Assembly: GCF_006345805.1 (NCBI RefSeq) | Contig: NC_043012.1 | Coordinates: forward strand, 25,668,001 to 25,732,000 | Source of the DNA: Octopus sinensis | Taxonomy: Eukaryota | DNA: 64,000 nt | Reading direction: 5' to 3' | In this document: one piece after another, positions 55,697 to 64,000 of the stretch | How the letters are laid out: every line of letters begins with the position of its first letter | How positions within the stretch are numbered: the first letter of the stretch is position 1 | Made by a program: the position numbers and the translations under genes | Notes under the pieces: generated by a model | What the model was told of the DNA's origin: nothing | Databases searched by the model: none | The model's input: only the letters and a program-made list of their open reading frames with translations

Positions 55697-56699
55697 AGTC
55701 TAATTTGTATATACACTTTGAGTTCAAGCATTGGTGCACCCATGGTGTGCCATTGATGAATGCTGTGAATGTAATGATCGTTATATTCGCAAACACAAAC
55801 CCTCACATTCATTAATCACTGTGTGTGTAGGTATAAAATATATCGCGAGAAGGACAAAGAGATAGACAGAAAAAGTGAGGTTGGGGTAAGAGACTAAGCC
55901 TGATATGTAAATGGACCTACAGATTTCAGTATTGTATATCTTTCTTCCGTTTCCTCTCTATTTTCTTCTATTTCATAAAGGGCATTGCCCTATAAGTCAC
56001 TTTCCCTTTATGTTATTCTATTCATCGTTACTTCCATTGCTATTTATCGCTTTGTTTTGTAATGTTATATAGAGTTAACGTTACAAACTAGACGTACATG
56101 GAAGTAATACAGGGCACGATGAAAGGGTATTTCATTAACGACACCACCTGCATAAAAAATATTCAATTCGAAATGAAGGGATAAAATGAGAGGAATATTA
56201 GCTCGATTTAATTCAGTTGAAAATTGAAGGACCACACATCTGGACATTTATCAAATAGTATGGAAAATCTTGGAAATCACTGTACCAATTAGAAAGGAAA
56301 CACCAAATTGTAAGCATAATGAGTAGGAGGACAGTATGACCCATATCTTCGAGTGGTTTCGTAAAACTGAAGGTGGGATTGGAATTATTATCTCTCTGCT
56401 GTCATCAAAAGTGTGTCCTTGTGTGACGCCCCCGACCATATAGTACATAAATTAGAGTGTACACACTTGGCAATATTTTTTCTATCCCCATCATTTAATT
56501 CAGCAACAGCCAATGACGGAATCTTCTGTGAAGCTTACACAAAATGATTGAAAATTACAAAAGTAATCGGCACCAATTTACCAAACTGATTTCTCATCTC
56601 ATTCCGACCCACGGAGATGAAAATGCTAGGTTCCATCTGCAATTAATAGTAGCGCCCATCTATTTATTATGAATACATTTTACTACCATATACATTGGT

Positions 56700-56820
56700 A
56701 ATGACCTATTTAACTAAGTTAATGTTTAATTTTATAATATATGCATTTACACACATATATCCGCACACGTCTATCATATATACACATGTATATGTGTGTG
56801 TGTATGCACGCGCGTATGTG

Positions 56821-56867
<47 letters not shown>

Positions 56868-56886
56868 ATATATATATATATAATAT

Positions 56887-56917
<31 letters not shown>

Positions 56918-57017
56918 GTGTGTGTTGTGTGTGTACATATGTATATATGAATATATATATATATATACATATATACATACGTATATATGTATACATAATA
57001 TTCATATATACGTATGT

Positions 57018-57066
<49 letters not shown>

Positions 57067-57096
57067 TATATTCATACATATATATATATACATATG

Positions 57097-57162
<66 letters not shown>

Positions 57163-57300
57163 TATATGTACATATATATATATATATACATATGTACATA
57201 TATACATACATATATATATATATATACATATGTAAATACATACGCACATATATATATATACATATATATATACGTATATATATATATTCATTTATATACA
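56700..57300. repeat. Long (TA)n/(CATA)n microsatellite
   Basis: Direct reading; source of the 169-235 aa YI-rich ORFs. Confidence 0.95.
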
Positions 57301-57684
57301 TCGTGTGTATGTATTCCTACAGACTTAACTGCCAAAATCAACAGATATATGTTGCAGCGTCGTCGAAGATATGTGCGTGTTTACATTGTATGTTTAACCA
57401 AGATTTTTATCAAACTTCCTGGCCATTGAGCAACCGGATCTCTTCTGAGACAACATGCCTAAGCAACTCTATAATTGTGACACATACGGTAACTATTAGT
57501 TAAAAATCATATAGAGGTATGTGAGAAAGTGAACAAACATACAAACCGATAAGGAGGCAAACATTTGATATATGCACATAATTCTTGCGAAATGAACTGT
57601 AATTAATAATGTATAGGTATGTCTCTCTATCCCCTCATCCCTGTCTCTGTATGTATATATGTATATGTGTGCCTGAGTCTGTAC

Positions 57685-57723
<39 letters not shown>

Positions 57724-57728
<5 letters not shown>

Positions 57729-58017
57729 GGATCACGTGACCGACCAGTCTATCGGATGTAGTTACACATCGCTGGTCACAATGCGTTCGCATTGTTTTAG
57801 CCTTCAAATGACGCCACCCCGCTGGCTAAGCGAGCAGGCAAACAGAAGAAAGAGTGGTGAAAGAGTACAGCAGGGATCACCCCCCTCCTGCTGGAGCCTC
57901 GTGAAGCTTTTAGGTGTTTTCGCTCAATAAACACTCACAACGCCCGGTCTGGGAATCGAAACCGCGATCCTACGACCGCGAGTCCGCTGCCCTAAACACT
58001 GGGCCATTGCGCCTCCA
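57724..58017 (-). mobile_element. SINE with family D head and a different 3' tail (D2), inside (TA)n
   Basis: Reverse complement is near-identical to 20392-20560 up to tactctttcaccac, then switches to gcctgctcgcttagccagcgggg...gcattgtgaccagcgatgtgta...cacgtgatcccgtga. Confidence 0.9.
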
Positions 58018-58042
58018 TATATATATATATATATATATATAT

Positions 58043-58275
58043 GGAAAAAGAGTGCTGTATGAGGGCATATATATCCCGATACACGTATAGAAACTCTGAA
58101 ACGCTTGTTATGCGGATATTATCCCGGGTACATTACAAACGTATATATATATATATATAATATATATATATATTATGTTATGTAATGTACCCGTGATAAT
58201 ATCCTCATAACAAGCGTTTCAGAGTTTCTATACGTGTATCGGGATATACATGCCCTCATACAGCACTCTTTTTCC
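58043..58275. repeat. Fold-back with ~98-bp near-identical arms around a (TA)n spacer
   Basis: ggaaaaagagtgctgtatgagggcat...cccgggtacattacaaac (58043-58140) is mirrored at 58177-58275 with about four differences. Confidence 0.95.
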
Positions 58276-59689
58276 AGGATATGTATTTGGAACTCCTTTG
58301 TTCTATGCAGAATTTATATATAACAATTTATAAAAGTAGAATAAATGAACAGGCTTTAATCACGAATCACAAAAAGTGCGTCTGCGCAATGCTGACAGTT
58401 GTTAGCTGGGTCGTTTTTCGTATCATAATTTTCGATAAAATACTATATGAATAATTACATGAATATATATGATCCAACAGCGACACGTCATCTGTTTTCT
58501 TCTCCTTCTTTCTCTTTCCCTGCTTCTGCGTTTTCTATTAGTTTTGCTTTCACATCTAGCTGTATACATTATGTTTCTCACACGACACGTAAGCTAAAAG
58601 TGTACATTCTTTCATAGTACAAACTTGCTTATTTCGTGGGGTATTCCATTATTTAAAGGTATATATTGAATATGCATGGAGAGAAATGATTTCTTAGGGT
58701 AAAATATTACTGTATCTTTCATATTTTCATAATTCCAAATATTATTGTATTTTTCATAATTCATTATTTTTCGTTCTTGCTATAATGAGATATAAATTCA
58801 TTATTGAGACTACCGCTCGGTTTGATATTTTTAACCATTTCATTCCGATCTTCTTACGAAGCGGATCAGACGCTGGAAATTCCGACTGACCATGGTTAGG
58901 ATATTATCTACATGGAAATAAACTTTGATCTTGCAGTTATTTCCTCAAAGACATGGTAACAATGCAGCTATGAAAATTCTGTGACGATATATATATTCTG
59001 TGAAAAAATGTTTGAATATCACTAAAACAATACAATTTATTCATAAGCCAACTGATTCTTGCTCAATTTATAAACGCGAGAAATAGTTATTTGAACTCTT
59101 GATAATATTTGAAAGAAAAACTAAAACTCTATACTTCAGTGCATTTAATCTAAATATGAAACCACTTGAACTCATTCATTTCAGCTGACCCTTTGTTATT
59201 CTCTTATCTCTTACATAAAAATAGTATACAACACAGTCTGATATACATAAGTACACAATGATTTGTAACAGAAGAAACAAATAGAAGTATTCAAGATGAA
59301 GGCAGCCATTTTGTTTAAGATCCACAATTACGTTTCATAAAAGAGTGTTTGATTTAACTCTTCGATCGTTGAAGATATTGTAATAAATCGACAATGTTTG
59401 CGTGTACTTTTCTTTATTTTATTCATAGCAAAATATTTTCAGTTATATTTGAGAATGACAAAGATGCAATAACACGACTACGTGTGTACTTCTTTAGATA
59501 TATTTTATAAACGTACCTGTATCCGCCAGCGTTCTTCGCCACATTCATTCGTACACTCACAATACACATACGCACGCACCAACACACACACACACACATT
59601 CGAGATACATAAATACATACTAAAAAATGGAGATATAGGCAGTTTAAAATGTACAAACACACAGACACACACACATCTTTCATTGATAA

Positions 59690-59880
59690 TAGTCACCAGG
59701 CATCGGCAATGCTGAGGTACCAACATGAAGTATTTCTTGTCGAATAAATCGACCCCGGAATATAACTTTCTTAAGCCTGGTAATTATTCTATTGGCATCT
59801 TGTTGATAACTTACAGGACATAAGCACACCAATACCGGTTGTCAAGCGTTGGTGGTGGACAAATGCAGTCTCACACACGC
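59690..59880 (-). mobile_element. 3' part of family C SINE, diverged
   Basis: ataaatcgaccccggaatataac...accggttgtcaagcgttggtggtggacaaa is the reverse of the C-family 3' region. Confidence 0.55.
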
Positions 59881-59881
59881 T

Positions 59882-59948
<67 letters not shown>

Positions 59949-60125
59949 TCGGGGTGAGTACTTGATAATTATAAGCACCTGTGTATACCGTCTACATTGA
60001 GAGAAGAAAGAGATGGACGCTTCAACTCTATGCTGCTGCCGCATTATGTCGTACGTGAATGAGAGGATTGGCATCCCCAACCAAGATTTTTGATGTAAAG
60101 ACATGTCCTTGTGGAAGCTGTGTGC

Positions 60126-60203
60126 GCGGCTGAAGAAGGCCACAGACATACATTATGCATTGTTATAAATCTGTCTAATAAAGGCCCGAAACATATGTAC
60201 CGC
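60126..60203 (+). ncRNA. Type I hammerhead ribozyme motif (HHR-D)
   Basis: GCGG-CTGAAGA-A GGCC ACAGA...TCTGT ctaataaa GGCC C-GAAA-CATATG-TA-CCGC; stem I GCGG/CCGC, palindromic stem III ACATATGT, GUA site. Confidence 0.8.
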
Positions 60204-60241
60204 TGAATCCTTCGCATCATGTTTTTATTTTACTTTGATCA

Positions 60242-60276
<35 letters not shown>

Positions 60277-60330
60277 ATATATACATATATGATATATATA
60301 ATATATATATATATACTTATATATATATAT

Positions 60331-60364
<34 letters not shown>

Positions 60365-61495
60365 ATATATAATATATATATATACACTGATTCGTTTTAA
60401 TAGAATGTGCGCAGACAGGCGTTACCTACAGTCAGTGGAAAAACAACTGGTTTTGAACGAATATACATTTATTTATTGAGAGAAGGTTGATTTGCCTAAT
60501 AATGTGGGACGCATATTCGCCATGTTGGACCAATGAAATCTAAAAGGTCTTTTCATACTATCCTTGTTTATTTCATCGTGTTACTTTCTGTTGAAGATCA
60601 TAGGATCGAAACATAAAAGACTTTTGCATGTGTTCCCGAGCGTCAAACTAAAACACTTTCTTCTTGTTCATACACAATCATCGTTTTCTCTTTATTTTCT
60701 ATAAATTCCAACTATACATACATACATACATACATAATATATATATATAGATATATATATATATATGCAAATAAATAGATAGGTAAGTATATATATAGGT
60801 AACATATCTATATAACAGCAAACACTTTACTGCCATCTTAACGTGTTATATAGATAGGTAAGTATATATTAGGTAAGTGTTTATGTATATACGTATGTAT
60901 GCGTGTATCTATGTACGTATATACGTGTGTGTGTGCATGTAGGTAGGTATTATGTATTTATGTAAGGCATATATGTATATCAATGTTTATATTCTAAAAA
61001 GACATTTAGGACAATTTAAGTGGCTGGTACACTTTAAAACAATTACATGCTAATATATTTACTGATTTCCGTTACAAGTGCTGCAAAATTTACATATTTT
61101 GCTATATTTTATATTTCTTTCATATCACCATCATTATTATTATTGATATTATATATATATGTATATTTATATATGTACACACACACACACACATATGGGT
61201 ATTTACGAACGATACCTTACTGTTATTGCTGTATGCATATATCAATATGTATACGTGTGTACATAGACTTGTATGCGAGCGTTGTTTGAATGTGCATTTG
61301 GCATACATGCATCCATATGCACGCGCACATATATAACTTCATACAAATGTATATATTAATGTAATGAATATGCATGTGTTTATATTAATATATATTCATA
61401 TACACATATGCGAATGTAAGCACACACACACACACACATATATATCTATATATATCATATATATACACACATACATACATGTATATATATTATAT

Positions 61496-61526
<31 letters not shown>

Positions 61527-62121
61527 GTACATATAAATAAATATATATATATAAAAATATATACATACATGTATATACACATACACACACACACTATATA
61601 TATATATACATATATATACGTATACATATAACCATGCACATACATATATGGAATGCCATATAACGTAAGAACATACAAGATAAACATTAATGTTGATGTT
61701 TTAATGTTCATTATAGCTACGTTAAAGGGTAAGGCTTCGTATTAATGCCATGTAATCACAATCTTGTTTTTGCAAGGAGTGGGAAATTCTATCTATTTCT
61801 CATTTGTTATTTTAAATTGATGTAAAACCGTACTAAACCTGACTCTAACAACCTCTTCCTGCTCTGTCAATTTCACCCGAACTAACCTTATTTTATTTGT
61901 GATTCGTTAGATAAAAAAGCCAAAAAGTATTTTTGAAATAATAACCACATTCATGTATGAATGTATGCATATATATATTTTCAAGTACCGACCAGCGTAA
62001 ATACACAGTTACAAACGCGCACTCGATTCTCTCCTCTCGTTCACTTTCGTTATGTCTGTCTGTATGCATGTATGTAAGTATGTTTGTATTATGTGTCTAT
62101 TTATACATACATATATAAATA

Positions 62122-62521
62122 TTCTTTTCTACTCAAGGTACAGGGTTCGAAATCTTGGGGTGGGGGCCAGTCGATTAGATTGATCCAAGTGCGCATGTTG
62201 TAATTAATTTGTCGACTCCGAAATGGTGAAAAGCAAATTCTACCTCGGCAGAATTTGAACTTAGAACGGAAAGACGGACGAAACACCTATTTCTTTACTA
62301 CCCACAAAAGGGCTAAACACAGAGAGGACAAACAAGGACAGACAAACGGATTAAGTCGATTATATCGACCCCAGTGCGTAACTGGTACTTATTTAATCGA
62401 CTGCGAATGGATGACAGGCAAAGTCGACCTCGGTGGAATTTGAACTAAGAACGTAACGGCAGACGAAATACCGCTAAACATTTCGTCCGGAGCGCTAGCG
62501 TTTCTGCCAGCTCGTCGCTTT
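62122..62521 (-). mobile_element. SINE dimer: full-length B + headless A
   Basis: - strand: head at 62521; B tail gtagtaaagaaata joined at 62288/62287 to ggtgtttcgtcc; A tail cccccaccccaagatttcgaaccctgtaccttgagtagaaaag. Confidence 0.9.
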
Positions 62522-62567
62522 CTAGATATATAAATACTTCCTGATACATAAAAATTCTTATATACAT

Positions 62568-62653
62568 GGAGTGGCTGTGTGGTAAGTAGCTTGCTTACCT
62601 GTTACGTGCTGGGGGTCGATATAATCGGCCTAATCTCTACCCCCAAATTTCAG
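62568..62653 (+). mobile_element. Short chimeric SINE: C-type head fused to an A/B-type 3' part
   Basis: ggagtggctgtgtggtaagtagcttgcttacc | tgttacgtgctgggggtcgatataatcggcctaatc. Confidence 0.6.
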
Positions 62654-62951
62654 ACAATATTAATATTGTTGTTGTTGTTCTTGTTTACTTTTAATCTGCC
62701 AAGACACACGCAGCATCTTAGAGTTACATTATGACTGAAAGCTTCGAGAGGGGAATCGGAAGGGGCGGTAGGCAAATATGTTCATGTAATAAAACACAGA
62801 TATATAAACTGGTAGGTTTTTCCCAAGGATGTGGGCAGTACTTGTCAACACAATCTTTTGGATTTCTGTGAATCATGTTTCTCCTGAGATACTTTGATAT
62901 TCCTGTCATTCCTTTCTTACCATACGTAGAGCACCCATAAAAACAGGAACA

Positions 62952-62952
<1 letters not shown>

Positions 62953-62998
<46 letters not shown>

Positions 62999-63143
62999 AA
63001 TTATTTCCATTATTATTATCATCGTTATTATCATTATCATCATCATCACCATCATTATTGTTATCATCACCATCACCATTATTATTATCATTATTATTAT
63101 TATTATTATTATTATTGTTGGTTGTTGTTGTTGTTGTTATTAT
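62953..63143. repeat. (ATT)/(ATC)/(GTT) trinucleotide field
   Basis: Direct reading. Confidence 0.9.
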
Positions 63144-63362
63144 TATTAAGCGTCGAGCTGACAAAATGGTTACCATAGCGGACAAAATCCTTAGAGACAT
63201 TTCTTTCGCATTAATGTCTGCGTTCAAATTTAGTCGAGGTCGATTTTTTTCTTTCATCCTTTTAGGTTTGATAAAGTGCGTACCAGTCAAGTACTGGGGG
63301 CGATGTAATCAACTTTTCTTCCTTCAGAAATTATTGCCTAGGTTCCAAAATTTGAAACCATA
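63144..63362 (+). mobile_element. Diverged A-type SINE
   Basis: aagcgtcgagctgacaaaatgg...gcgttcaaatttagtcgaggtcgat...gtactgggggcgatgtaatc...gttccaaaatttgaaacc. Confidence 0.75.
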
Positions 63363-63941
63363 TGTATAAATTTATCGCATTTCTCTATCTTTTCTATTCC
63401 TTTCTCCTTATCCTTAACGCAAATCCCCACATAATTTTTTGTCATTTCTCGTCATGTATCCCCTCGTCTATGTGCCGGGGCGGGGGTTAATAAAAACATT
63501 ATCATTGTTGCTGTTGGTATTTTTTTGTCGATTGTTTTTTTTTTGCTATCATCATCATCATCATCATCACTGTGACACCATTGAAAGAGTCTTCATGGTC
63601 ATCACGTAATCTTGTCACCTACGGGACATCATCATCATCGTCATCAGCAGCATCACCACTATCATCATCATCATCATTTTTTTCCTTTCTCTCATTTACT
63701 TTCTAGTGTATAATTTGTGTTGTTCGTTTTCGATGTTGCAAAAGATTGAAAGTACTTAAAAATTTAGTTGTATGATGATTAAAAAGACAACAAAAACGTA
63801 AAAACGAACGCATTCTCTAAAAATCAGAATAACAGTTTTTCTTTGCCGCATCGTCCGTGTCATTTCATCTTATCTTTTTTATCTTGAGTTTTTATTCACT
63901 AACAATAGAAATTTAATTTATTTTCGTCTGTGTGGTGTGTG

Positions 63942-63979
<38 letters not shown>

Positions 63980-64000
63980 TAATATATTATATATAATATA

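Noticed and set aside
56719-57503. Longest ORFs in the track (190-235 aa, YI-rich), and all similar [12 protein letters not shown] ORFs
   Set aside because: (TA)n/(CA)n repeats lack stop codons; these are artefacts.
60590-60630. TTGAAGA-tcataggatc-GAAA-CAT...ATG-TG
   Set aside because: C3 is T, the cleavage-site base is G and there is no stem I; at best a dead relic.

Overview
Eukaryotic, very AT-rich, microsatellite-saturated DNA. Its tRNA-derived SINEs and repeat landscape are consistent with an Octopus-type cephalopod genome (inference, not verified by search). I cannot support any intact protein-coding gene. Almost all supplied ORFs are translations of (TA)n/(CA)n/(AAT)n repeats; the protein-like ones belong to dead mobile elements: a Tc1 (DD34E-type) transposase at 32305-33234, a 5'-truncated R4/Dong-type LINE at 34911-36945 between (AAT)n arrays, and a CR1/L2-group RT fragment at ~21131-21597. 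There are ~20 SINE copies in several head/tail combinations (local labels A-F), two MITEs and a 100-N gap. The most striking signal is non-coding. Four sequence-unrelated type I hammerhead ribozyme motifs with a complete catalytic core lie at 42596-42659 (+), 51960-52053 (-), 55554-55608 (-) and 60126-60203 (+), each in a 0.2-0.4 kb non-coding unit flanked by TA-rich repeats, resembling non-autonomous Penelope-like/retrozyme elements. Six fold-back palindromes are also present, two centred on a (TA)n tract. A few isolated minus-strand exon candidates are low confidence.
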